64,000 nt of DNA from Octopus sinensis (taxonomy: Eukaryota), in the NCBI RefSeq assembly GCF_006345805.1, contig NC_042997.1, positions 64,232,001 to 64,296,000 on the forward strand, read 5' to 3'. A program made the position numbers and the translations under genes. The notes beneath the pieces are model-generated. The model was not told where the DNA came from. It was given only the letters and a program-made list of their open reading frames with translations, and did not search any database. Below, one piece after another: positions 1 to 12,639 of the stretch (positions are counted from its first letter, which is position 1; every line of letters begins with the position of its first letter).

Positions 1-1716
1 CTTCTTCTTTCCACAGAGTCTACATTTATAGGTGTCAGAAGTTTTATAGATGTTATACTTCTCTGAATTGGTAGCGAGAGCCTGGTCTTGTGCAACAATG
101 ATCAGGCTTTCAGTGGTACGCTTCAAATCACCTCGCCCAAGCCATAGCCATGATGCTGTATTATCCTTAACGTCTTGTGGTTTCTTTTCAAACTGTCGAT
201 GCATTCTTATTTCAAGAAGGTCTTCTTTTCACTACTCCTAAGCTCTTTGATTAACTCTTCCTTGCTCATCATTTCATATGCATTTACACCCATATTACAG
301 CAGGTTTTCATCACAATATATTAAATATTCGGCAAGCTTTCTCCTTTCACTCCTTATACGATGGCCTATATTAATTAGTCCTCTGCTACCATTCTTTCTT
401 TTCATATACAGTCTGTTTCGTTTGCTTTAGAGTGTAGCGCCCCATGCAGCATCATCAATTTCCTCTGACCACCACAACTGCCCAGATATTCATTGCGGTA
501 ATCAAATTTTTAGCATTCAGGTTGGATTTTAACACCATCTTTACCCTTCTTGGATACACGTCCCTGACATTGACTTTCATTTCTCTGTGCAGAATGTGAT
601 CCAGTTCCAGAATCACTGAATATCTATAACCAGTCCTATGCAGGCTGATTTCTCCCCTCTTTTCCTATTAATTACAGAGCATATGGTAATCCCAAATTCC
701 ATACTCATATCCCTACCACATTTCTGGATTGTTTTGGTTAAGGAATCTTATCTATTTTTCAGATTCCCCAAACAATTTCACGTAATCCATAAACAGAAGG
801 TGGTTCAATGATGGGCCTTTCTTCCAACATCAGTAACCCATCTTAACTTACCTTAACTAAGTTTCATTGTTATGGGTATATGTGCAATTACAAAATTGTA
901 CCGAGAGAACGAGTTACCTTGGAAGATTCACCCTTTTAATATTAACTCCTCCAAGGAATACATTACTTGAGTACAATTTGGTTTTCCACTCTTTCATGTT
1001 ATTCATCAGAAAATTTGTGATGTTGTTAGTAACACCAAGCATCTGCAGGCATTCAACGATCCAAGAATGAGGCACGATATCATATGCCTTCTTAAAGTCA
1101 ATCGACGTCATAGACACGTTTGCATGATGTCTTTTTTAATGCCTGAAATTTGTTTTATCGATGACCAGGTGATACTCGGTACCCTGAGAACTCTTCCTTG
1201 GTAGTATTTGTTCCCTGGGTAGTATTTCTTCCTGTGTCACGGAAATATGTCTTTGCTACACATATTCCAGAGAGTATCTTCTAGATTATGTTTAGGAATG
1301 TAATGGGGCGATAGTTTACCAAAATATTCCCCTTTCTTCTATTTTTCATCAGAACTACTGTCCTCCCAGTCACCACCCACGGTGGGAATGTACCTTTCTG
1401 GACACACTCATTCAATTGTGCTGCTAGTCTTTCATGCACTGCGTGGTATCGTTTCAGCCAGAATCCCATCTGGTCTGGGGTCTTTCTCGTTATGCATTTT
1501 ACCCACTTGTTCTTTCAATTCACCCGTGCTTATGACAACATTCCTTTGTTTCTTTCCTCCTTGTAATTTTGTCTTGATAGATCCTATCCACATTGCATCC
1601 CTTTTATGCATCATATTCTTTCCCCCCATAATCCGTTCCAAAATCCTTGGTTTGATTTGCATCAGGAGCAACATTTCCCTCATTGTCTCTTTCTAACGTT
1701 CGGAAGAATTGCTCCC
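1..1716 (-). mobile_element. Degenerate R4/Dong-type (RLE) non-LTR retrotransposon fragment: RT and start of the CCHC region; continues off the left edge
   Basis: Minus-strand peptides NYRPITFL (1281-1469), IDFKKAYDIVPHSWI (914-1117), LNHLLFMD (~785-810) and LIIVAQDQALATN..CRLCG (1-130); many stops and frameshifts; 5' side abuts (GAA)n/(TAA)n. Confidence 0.9.
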
Positions 1717-1747
1717 CATTCTTCTTCTTCTTCTTCTTCTTCTTCTA

Positions 1748-1778
<31 letters not shown>

Positions 1779-1799
1779 TATTATTATTATTATTATTAT
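1717..1799. repeat. (TTC)n(TTA)n microsatellite
   Basis: Direct reading. Confidence 0.98.
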
Positions 1800-1920
1800 T
1801 GAGTGCAAGAGCAGTGAATACAATAGCAGTAACACTGAGGCACAAATACCCGAATCACCAGTATACCTATCATTACTACCACGCTGATTAGGATACGCCA
1901 GCCACAGGCATCGCTATCAT
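1800..1920 (-). mobile_element. Diverged 3'-end fragment of the ~560-bp TAA-associated element found at 33970-35788
   Basis: gagtgcaagagcagtgaatacaatagcagtaacactgaggcacaaatacccgaatcaccagtatacc aligns by eye with gtgagagagcagttcatgccatcaaagtgacactggggtacaaatatacgaagcccagtatacc. Confidence 0.7.
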
Positions 1921-2837
1921 ATGTGAATGGGATTGAAATATCTGGCTGAATGTTAGCCGAAGAGATTTTCTAATTAGATAGTAATCTATATTTTATTACT
2001 GAATATTGCTTTATTAATACGTACATTTTGGTGAGTAATATTAATCTTCTTGAACAAACCAATCCTGTTACCAAAATTTATTTTATTACCAGTAACATAT
2101 TTTCTCAAATAATTCTTGCTATTGCTAATATACCTCAAGTATTGTCAAGTATCGAAATATGCTAGAAGAAATTTGCTACTATATAGCATAGATTTAATTA
2201 ATGGTATTGCAATGTTAGTGATAAACATGTTACAATGTTCAACTGACATTGATTGAAATCTAAATTTTGCGCATCAAATGTAGCTGTTCCAGTATGTATA
2301 TTTTCGATTGAAACATTCCGTATTTCTGAAACATCTTTATACACATTGCCCTAAATGCTAATGTCTTGCTTCAATAATTTTCTTTGTTCTCATTATATTT
2401 GACCTAGATGGAATCTTTTTATTCATATGCAATTAGTTTTGGTGTGCATTAAATAGAAACAGAATATTTTAAGTGAAAATGCAAGTAAAAAAAAATAATG
2501 TATTCTATAGTAGAATTGGTCATTTTCAAAGTGAAAAAATGCAATTATTAACAATTGCAATAATTGAAGTACATATTAAACAATGATGCATTACAACTGT
2601 CTAGAAGATAATGGGAAAACGCAAACAAACGTTGCATTTAAGATATATTCAAAATTAAGTGTGTACAGACGGCTGTTGAATCAAATATGAGTTGTTGTAC
2701 ATATTTGAACAGCAAAAACATTATTTAGATTGCTGAACAGTAAAATTATATCTGTACAAAGGTTAAGGTAAGACGCATTGTTGCGAAAAATCATCTGCAT
2801 TTATGTGAGTGTGAGTGTGTATTGAATATATATATAT

Positions 2838-3000
2838 AGGCGCAGGCGTAGCTCTGTGGTAAGAAGCTTGCTTCCCTAACACATGGTTCTGGTTTAAGTC
2901 TCATTGCGTAGCACCTTGGCAAGTGTCTTCTACAATAGCCTCGGGCCGACCAAAACCTGAGCGGATTTGGTAGACGGAAACTGAGAGAAGCCCGTCGTGT
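2838..3000 (+). mobile_element. tRNA-derived SINE
   Basis: A-box-like tagctctgtggt, B-box-like ggtttaagtct, body ...gccgacc..ggatttggtagacggaaactg..gaagcccgtcg, followed by a CA/TA tail; related decayed copies at ~49130-49290 (+) and ~51200-51310 (-). Confidence 0.8.
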
Positions 3001-3048
3001 ATACAGACACACAAACACACACACACACATATATATATAAATATATAA

Positions 3049-3095
<47 letters not shown>

Positions 3096-3097
3096 AT

Positions 3098-3839
3098 GTA
3101 TTTAAATAGTCAAAACATATGTGCTGCAATATTCTAGCTACAAATGATTCTTAAAACATTTTGATTTAAGAGACAAATATAGTGTTCTCACTAGACGTAC
3201 CTCAGGCCAACAAGTCAGTTAAGGTTGTATGGCGCCAACAGTCTAGAATATGACATTTAGAACTTGATTCTCTGACGTCATTCAGCAGTAGTGTGAAGCG
3301 GATGTCAACGTGCGTTTCAAGCGAACAAAAGCAAGTGTTTTGATATTAAAACGAATTCTTTACCATGAAAATCTTAACAGTTTACATAAAGATGCTTCAA
3401 GAAATTTTGGTACAAATTAAGAGAAAAAATGATCATAATCGTAAAAATGGAAACAAAAACACAAAGAGAAACACGAATTGTAACGAATAAAAACGAGTAA
3501 AATGTAAATAAATTAGTTCTGGTATTTCAATTGCCGCTATTTTTCTATTACTCAGGGTTCAAAATACTAGTCAAAATTAGAGTGAGCAGGTGTCTGTTCC
3601 GGCCTTGTATATCTTCATTTCCAATTACGTTGTCTCTCATCAAGTATTTTCAAGACCAGAATTAAAGTTAGGCATTATGAAAGTAATTTTAAATACGCGT
3701 TCAAACATCGCTGCTGGTCAGTTAATCTCGCTACAAGAAATATCAGGGATACTTTGAAGACCTTCCCTCTAAACAATTCACAAAATGAACGATGTATGTA
3801 TAGACATACATATATAAATGGATACAGATATGTCTACGC

Positions 3840-3904
<65 letters not shown>

Positions 3905-3977
3905 ATATATAACATATGTTATATGTATGTGTCTATATATATATATATATACACACACACATATATATATATAATAT

Positions 3978-4030
<53 letters not shown>

Positions 4031-4783
4031 TATATATATGTGTATTTAAATAGTCAAAACATATGTGCTGCAATATTCTAGCTACAAATGATTCTTAAAA
4101 CATTTTGATTTAAGAGACAAATATAGTGTTCTCACTAGACGTACCTCAGGCCAACAAGTCAGTTAAGGTTGTATGGCGCCAACAGTCTAGAATATGACAT
4201 TTAGAACCTGATTCTCTGACGTCATTCAGCAGTAGTGTGAAGCGGATGTCAACGTGCGTTTCAAGCGAACAAAAGCAAGTGTTTTGATATTAAAACGAAT
4301 TCTTTACCATGAAAATCTTAACAGTTTACATAAAGATGCTTCAAGAAATTTTGGTACAAATTAAGAGAAAAAATGATCATAATCGTAAAAATGGAAACAA
4401 AAACACAAAGAGAAACACGAATTGTAACGAATAAAAACGAGTAAAATGTAAATAAATTAGTTCTGGTATTTCAATTGCCGCTATTTTTCTATTACTCAGG
4501 GTTCAAAATACTAGTCAAAATTAGAGTGAGCAGGTGTCTGTTCCGGCCTTGTATATCTTCATTTCCAATTACGTTGTCTCTCATCAAGTATTTTCAAGAC
4601 CAGAATTAAAGTTAGGCATTATGAAAGTAATTTTAAATACGCGTTCAAACATCGCTGCTGGTCAGTTAATCTCGCTACAAGAAATATCAGGGATACTTTG
4701 AAGACCTTCCCTCTAAACAATTCACAAAATGAACGATGTATGTATAGACATACATATATAAATGGATACAGATATGTCTACGC

Positions 4784-4838
<55 letters not shown>

Positions 4839-4900
4839 ATATATAAACATATGTTATATGTATGTGTCTATATATATATATATATACACACACACATATA
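3098..4900. repeat. Near-perfect tandem duplication, period 944 bp (~740 bp unique sequence plus TA/TG microsatellite)
   Basis: tttaaatagtcaaaacatatgtgc at 3101 and 4045; one substitution noticed (t3264/c4208). Confidence 0.95.
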
Positions 4901-5300
4901 TATATATAGATAGATAGATAGACAGATAGACAGATATATAGTTACATATATGAATATATATATAAACTTGCTTACACACACATATTTCTTTACTTATTTG
5001 TTTATATATACTTCAATAACTTTCAGCCAGTTTTGGCCCAGGTTATCACTAACTTAGTAGCACCGCCTGGAAAAGGCTTTTAATGATATGACATATTGTT
5101 AGTGCATCATTCGAGTAACGAGGTGTTGTTTGCAGAAACATAACATGGATTAGGTGATTAATCTGGAATTTGTTGAAGGTATTCGTTCCAATGCTATTAG
5201 ACATTTTTCTGCTATGTGTATTGGCATGAGGTCAAAAATGAGCAAGGCCAGTTTAAGTGAACTACCTGTCTGTCACTGTTGTTATATGACGCGCACGTGC

Positions 5301-5365
<65 letters not shown>

Positions 5366-5879
5366 TATATATATATGGATGTATGTATATGTATACACAC
5401 ACACAGACGGATATATATATATATATATAATATATATATATATGCATGTATGTATTAGTGTGTGTTTGTAAGTACCTATCTATATATGTGTATGTATGTG
5501 TGAGGGAGTGACTGTATTATAAACGGAACATATCGCTAGGTGGAGACAATCGTTTCAATTATATCCAATAATTTGTTGATGATAAGGATAATGAAGACGT
5601 TTTGACAAATTTCTCAACGAAATGTTACATTGTTAATTTCCACTGCATTCATTTCAACATATATTTTATTTCCTACATCACACGAACGAAATGTTAAAGA
5701 CAGAAATTGTAATTGTCAATAGTACCAAATGTGTTTTGACTGGTAACAGTAGATGTGCCGTTAATCTGCCAATGGACTATCAACTCTTCCAAATATGGTC
5801 TAATCGGAGACGACACCATAATTATTTACAATGAGATATTATTTATAAATGAAATCGTTATTTATGTATGTTTTACAGT

Positions 5880-6950
5880 AGGTATGTAGATGACATCAAT
5901 ATTCTAGTTAGGACAAATCTTAGTAAATGTACTCTAGAAACCGAGATAAACATAATGGTGAGCTTCAAGCACGCAGGTAATCCATATACCAACGTATCAC
6001 GGTAATTATTGATTAACCCACTAGGCACCCTAATGATAGATTCCCTGTCCTTGATAATGAACTTCGGTTAGAAACTGTAAACAACAGAGTGCAGCTCCTC
6101 CACTCCCATTACAATTAAGCCTATAGCTTCTAAACATGTTGTTCACAAGAACTCAGCGTTATCTCACAATACGAAAATCAACATACTGATAGCAGACTTA
6201 GGATAATGAATAACGTGTCCCCACTATGCGAACCTTTTGAAACAAAGAAGCATGTACTGATCTTCATACACCGCATGCAGTTCTTTGGATATGACCGAAA
6301 AGATAGGGTTCGGGTATACGGGGGAGCTAGAAGGAGGTTAGATAGCAACCCGCATTAGATAGAGAGGTAAAGACTGGAATAATATACAGATAATTTGTGA
6401 CAAAGGAAAGTAAACACATGGTATAGGGCTGACAACTATCAAGGAATGATGTTGGTAGAAGCTACACCCCATGGGGAACTAGCCCGTAGATTTAGGAATG
6501 CTCTGAAGGAGACCAAATTCAACATTAAGATCACTCAGGGAGCTCCAACAGATTACAGTTATACATTCGAAAATACCACATGAACTAATGAAAAGTGAGC
6601 GGTATGTAAGATTAACCCTGGCATTAACTGTAGAACTAGAAATGTAGTATACATCATAAAGTGCATAGAATGTGCTTGTAAAGACAAGAACACGGCATAC
6701 ATTGGAGAAACATCTAGAAGTATTGCCGAGAGATTAAATGAAGATTTGAGGCAATATGATGAAAAACAAAACAGTTCTATATACTCTACCAACATGCCAA
6801 AGACCAACACGGAGGAATACTGGGCCGATTTGACATACGCATTTCATCCAAGCACCCGAAGTTCCCACCACACAGAAAAATACGGGAGTACGTCCTCGTA
6901 ACTGAAATATCCTCTGTACAAAATAGGAAGTATACATAGAAGGGATAGTG
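5880..6950 (+). mobile_element. Degenerate Penelope-like element (RT C-terminal half plus GIY-YIG endonuclease)
   Basis: RYVDDINIL at ~5880; HKNSALSHNTKINIL thumb-like motif at ~6145; CRTRNVVYIIKCIEC...AYIGETSRSIAERLNE GIY-YIG at ~6630-6740. Confidence 0.85.
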
Positions 6951-7009
6951 ATACCCCAATACCCAAAATATATACATATGCATTTGCTAGTAGGCTGTTA
7001 CGTAAGCAA

Positions 7010-7540
7010 ATATATATGTGTGTGTGTGTATGTATCGGTAGGTAGGTAGGTAAATTGATATGTATGTAATCAGAGAGATACACAGGTAAGTAGATAATTC
7101 ATAGGTACATAGTTATTACACGCACACACACACACACACAAAAGGTGATGGAAAGACACGACCATATATACACACACTCATACACTCCACAAACATGCAT
7201 GTACAGACAGACACATATGGAGATATGGAGACAGATATCCATACATAACGGACAGTCACACAATCTATACTTATAGAAACACTCAAACACGCACACATAA
7301 CGAGACAGAGATACACCCACAAATACATGCACACATACATCCAAAGACACGAAAACACACACACACACACACAAACACATGTATTAGCTGAATATACATA
7401 CATACATGTATACATAAATTCATGCATACACACATACACACATACATACAGACAGACATACAATGCATACATACATGCATATGTTCATACGCAAGCACAT
7501 ATACACACTGACGCAAACGCATGCGCACAAACAGGATAGT
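7010..7540. repeat. Compound degenerate microsatellite (TG/CA, TAGG, TACA, CAGA)
   Basis: Direct reading. Confidence 0.9.
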
Positions 7541-8454
7541 GAATTTATGAGCGTACTATATTAGTATTGAGGAGTACTGCGTGTCTGTATTTTGACACAT
7601 ATGCAAGAATCAACGATTTTTATGTATTCCTGTTCAAATATAAGATACTGTTAGCACAGGAGACATGTAGTTGTTCAGATTTTGAGAGATACATATGCGC
7701 ATTTATGTGTATTTCAATATGTGGTTGTACGCGTGTTTGGTTCAAGTATTTGTCGCCGCTCATAAAAATATGTTAGGTAGAGAAAATGTTACGATATTTA
7801 CTTTAAAGGGAAATAGAACGTTCTCAGAGAGAAAATGTATCGCAACTTCTTTACATTTCGGTCTATGTCATATATTTATGTTTACAATATTTCATGTTTT
7901 AAGTAGATGAATGTCTGGAAATGCCATATACATCAAAGAAAATCTATCCTTATTTATTTCATATTTTTCTGTTACGTCCTACCATATTTGTGTAAAAAGC
8001 TTAAAATGCAACCCCAGAGTTCTAATCTTGGCTTTCCATTAATAATGACAAATGAAATATTGTTCTTTTTAAGTTATTTGTTACACTCTCCTCTATGTTA
8101 AATTCAGTTGTTGTTTTACGCTATGATATTTTCTATCGCATACATTTCCATATACATTAACAACTGTATATGCAGGTGCATTTGTGTAGGAAAATTGCGA
8201 GAATTTGGACAAAAAAAAACGAAAGTAGGTGTCTCTACGTATATATTAATGAATCTATAGGTATGCATGTTCATAGTTGTGAATGCGTGAAAATGAGTGT
8301 ATGTACATACCCAGGCATATTACCCATATTTTTAGGATGGGGTAGCCACAACAAGACATACACCAGGCATTCCATTCATTTCCCAGCTCAAAGACAGGAG
8401 CTCTGTTCTATGCTTGGGTCAAGGCATAGAACTCAACCCCCAATATAAGGTTGA

Positions 8455-8700
8455 ATATAATTATACCGATGTTGATTGACTTTATTGATGTTACTCTGGA
8501 TGTAAGTACTAAACTATGCCAACCATATCATAAACTAAGGTATGTGAACAAAAATTCGAATCATCTAAGAAGCATCACAAATTCTATTATTAAAAATATG
8601 TTCACACATATTTCGAGGGTTTCAGTGAACGATGATGTATGTAAACAAAAAAAAATTGGTAAAAGCACGCATTATTTGAAACTTAATATAAAGACAAAGT
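8455..8700 (+). mobile_element. Penelope-like RT thumb fragment (second family)
   Basis: IDFIDVTLDVSTKLCQPYHKLRYVNKNSNHLRSITNSIIKNMFTHISRVS resembles the PLE motif FLDVTL..Y.K...YVN..SNHP.SI. Confidence 0.7.
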
Positions 8701-8961
8701 TTACTTTATCCAAAATCAAAGTAATAATAAAATTCCCGGAAATGATAGAATATTAGTTCAGATGGAATTTAATAATGAGTGTATTAAAAATAAATATAAC
8801 AATAGACACAAATGCATCAACAAATCTTCTTTAGCTAATCTAAATAAAAGAAAGAAAATAGTGATACAAATGTGATTAGTTAAAAACTAATTATTGAAGA
8901 TGAATTTATCAAAAAACTGGATTTCATTGATACTAAATATATGGTTGATATAAATATTAAC

Positions 8962-9017
<56 letters not shown>

Positions 9018-9360
9018 GTAGATGTGTCTCTAAAAGAAATGGAGAAACTCTCAAAATACAAAGACCTGGAAATAGAGGTAACTAGAATGTGGAATCTGAA
9101 AACAGAAACAATTCCTATCATAGTAGGTGCATTAGGCATGATGAAAAAATAGTCAGACAAATACATAACAAAAACATCAGGACTTACAAACACATATAAC
9201 ATACAGAAAATTGCACTACTAGGCACTGCACACATCCTACGCAGAACACTTTCCATACAATAACCATCAGAGCATCACAACAAATCACAGCACATACCCA
9301 AGGCACACAGAGCTGCGCTCAGTAGTGAAGTGAAAGAACGCTATAAAAATAAAACTACTG
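9018..9360 (+). mobile_element. 5'-truncated R4/Dong LINE, family A (RLE C-terminus plus 3'UTR), within (TAA)n
   Basis: EMEKLSKYKDLEIEVTRMWNLK..GTAHILRRTLSIQ*; nearly identical to 9980-10320; TAA tracts on both sides. Confidence 0.92.
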
Positions 9361-9368
9361 AATAATAA

Positions 9369-9399
<31 letters not shown>

Positions 9400-9400
9400 A

Positions 9401-10320
9401 ATGAAATCCAAACTAAAAATAGAACAGCAGCGAACCATGATAAAAACATGGCAAGAAAAGCCCCTTCATGGCAAATACTGGACTAAACTAAATGCAAAAG
9501 AAATAGTCAAAGACAAATCCCAGCAATCGTTGAGAAGCTCAGGACTCAAAGCAGAGACAGAGGGATTTTTAATTGCAGCACAAGACCAAAGCCTCCCCAC
9601 CAGAAATTACCAAAAACATGTAATGAAAAGAAATATAACAAGTAACTGCAGAATATGTGGAGATGGACAAGAAACAATAAATCATATTATCTCTAGCTGC
9701 CCAGTCCTGGCTAAGAAGGAATATATTCACAGACATGACAGAGTTGGAACCTACATACATTGGAAGCTATGTCAACATAGCTATGGAATAACAACAGAAA
9801 AAAGATGGTATAGGCACACACCAGAAAAGGTCACAGAAAACGAGAAAGCAACCATACTCTGGGATATGCCGATATACACAGATAGAGAAATTAAGGCCAA
9901 CAGACCAGATATAGTTGTCAGAGATCATGAAGAAAAAACAATGCTTTCTAATTGATGTATCAATACCGGCAGATGACAACGTGTCTCTAAAAGAAATGGA
10001 GAAACTCTCAAAATACAAAGACCTGGAAATAGAGGTAACCAGAATGTTGAATCTAAAAACAGAAACAATTTCTATCATAGTAGGTGCATTAGGCATGATA
10101 AAAAATTATTCAGACAAATACATAACAAAAACACCAGGACTTACAAACACATATAACATACAGAAAATTGCACCACTAGGCACTGCACACATCCTACGCA
10201 GAACACTTTCCATACAATAACCATCAGAGCATCACAACAAATCACAGCACATACCTAAGGCACACACAGCTGCGCTCGGTAGTGAAGTGAAAGCACGCTA
10301 TAAAAATAAAACCACTGAAT
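9401..10320 (+). mobile_element. 5'-truncated R4/Dong LINE, family A (CCHC plus restriction-like endonuclease plus 3'UTR)
   Basis: CRICGDGQETINHIISSC, RHDRV, RPDIVV, LIDVSIP, KLSKYKDL; one frameshift near 9935; TAA tracts on both sides. Confidence 0.95.
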
Positions 10321-10339
10321 AATAATATTAATAATAATA

Positions 10340-10690
10340 CTAGATTCCTTAAGTGATGCACAGAGACCAGATATTGTTGTAGTAGATGAAGGAAAAGAAG
10401 TAAACCAAGATTACAGGTATTTCAATACCAGGGCATGCACGCATAAATGACAAAAACATTGAAAATTTTGAAAAGTACAGACTACTAAAACAAGAAATTG
10501 AAGGATATGCACTATGAAGAGAGTGTCTGCCATTCAAGTTGTTGTAGGGACACTCGGAGCACTGACAACCAAGTTCGAGAAATATGTCAAAGAAATTGGA
10601 AGTGATAGAGCAGAGCAAACCCCTAAAACTGCTCTCTTTGCGATAGCTAGGTTTTTGACATTGCTACTTGGACCTTGAATGTATCCCACT
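10340..10690 (+). mobile_element. Decayed RLE fragment of another R4/Dong family
   Basis: RPDIVVVDEGKE and IQVVVGTLGALTTKFEKYVKEIG remnants. Confidence 0.75.
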
Positions 10691-10806
10691 ATAATTAACG
10701 ACAAAGTATCAACATATTATAATGTGCGGAAATAGATCTACTGTCCTCTCTCACTCGTTCTATCGGAGTAAATAAGAATGAGCGCTCTCAAAAGTAAAAC
10801 TGTAAA

Positions 10807-10854
<48 letters not shown>

Positions 10855-10872
10855 TAATAATAATAATAATAA

Positions 10873-10903
<31 letters not shown>

Positions 10904-10949
10904 AAGAAGAAGAAGAAGAAGAAGAAGAAGAATTATAATAATAATAATA

Positions 10950-11886
10950 ATGGACCTGTTAGCAGTTGAAGACACAGAAATACTAATAAAACCCAGCAGG
11001 ACAACTGAAAAAATAATTCTAAAAGACTGGAATATCTACAGTTTTCTGTGAGTATTTTGAATTTCCCTCAAAATAAGTTAAGGAACTTACATATCTACAG
11101 CTTTGGACTTACAAACGAACACCTCATAAAATTTTGTAAGTTTAATATAACCAATTTTGTGTGAACATTTTGTCTTCCCATCTTCCCTGACTAATCGAAT
11201 ATGTAAACACATTTTAAAAGCACGATAAAAAAATTAAGGAAATAAGCACCTGCCAATATATACATACTGCACAACTACAAAAACCGTAAACCACGGCAAA
11301 ACTTTTAAAAAGAAAAGAAAAATTCCAAAAGAAGAAGAAAAACAAATTCAGAAATTCAAAAATCCAACAAGGTGAACATCTCGTCAACATACTATTCCCA
11401 GAGACTGGAAAATCTAGAATTTCCTGTGAATATTTAAAATCTCCCTCAAAATAAAATAAGTTAGGAAACTTACATATCTACAGATTTCGAACACACAAAC
11501 GGTCAGTTGAAAAAAAAAAACCTTTATTATCTACAACTACTGTGTGATTACTTATCATTTCCTCTCTCCCTGAGCATTCGAAAAAGTAAACATCATCTTC
11601 ATTTTCATTTTAAGAACACTACTACTTCTCTCTGCGGTCATATAAAACACCATATTTAGTAAATCTTAAAACTTTACTATCTACAACTTGTTTTCTATTC
11701 TTTTTGACTCTCCATGATTATTCAAAAATGTAGACATCCTTTTCATTGCAAAAGCCCTACTGTACTCTCCAACTGGATAGGCAAACGAACACCTCAAGAA
11801 AACTTTAAAACTTGAATATATTACCCAAATACCTAAACACAACCTTCATTGCAACAACAGAATTGAATTTCGAAAATTCAACTACC

Positions 11887-11890
<4 letters not shown>
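10950..11890. repeat. Degenerate internally repeated segment (~380-bp period) after (TAA)n(GAA)n
   Basis: agactggaa.atcta..tttctgtga.tattt.aa..tccctcaaaataagtta.g.aacttacatatctacag at ~11022 and ~11402; aacgaacacctca at ~11114 and ~11785. Confidence 0.6.
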
Positions 11891-11951
<61 letters not shown>

Positions 11952-12639
11952 ATATATATGTGTGTGTCTGTGCGTGTGTGAATGTGTGAATATATATGTA
12001 TATATTTTTTTCTACCAGTAATTAAAAATAGAACAGGTTGAATAGCTTCTCTTCAAGGCAGCGCTCTCAGTGGCCACTGGTAGTAGTAAACACATTTGAC
12101 CTGTGCTAACTCAAAGGGTGCGAAGATTCCTTTGTCTCTATGGCTGACCTGCCCAACAAATGCAGACTCTATTTATAGACCTGTAGTTTTTGGTCTATTC
12201 ACCAAACTGCTACCCAACTATTTCCTCAAACAATGGTATTGGTGGTGACGGTGATAATGATAAAAATAAAAATAAAAATAATATGCTGCAACTGCTAATA
12301 GTAAATGTTACTAACACGACAATAATACAACAACTACTACCATTATGAAAGCACAGAAAACTGAGGCCCAACTACCATCTTTACCAATACCCAACCCCTG
12401 CTACTGTTGCTGTTGCGATAATCACTATTGCTACTACACATAAAAACAATAACATCAGTGATATCAGTCATGATAATGATGATAATAAGGAAAGAAAACG
12501 GATGGAGCCTCCTCCCCATGTCCTGATTAATGATACATCTAGTGATGGTGTCACAATAAAAGCACTGGTAATTGCGCAACCTGATAATTGAGTGTCAATA
12601 TGAGTGTCAATAAAAAAAAATAACGAAACTGAAGCCAAT

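Noticed and set aside
5535-5620. Hammerhead-like pieces (minus-strand gaaacgattgtc; plus-strand ttgatga)
   Set aside because: The halves are on opposite strands and no complete fold can be built on either.
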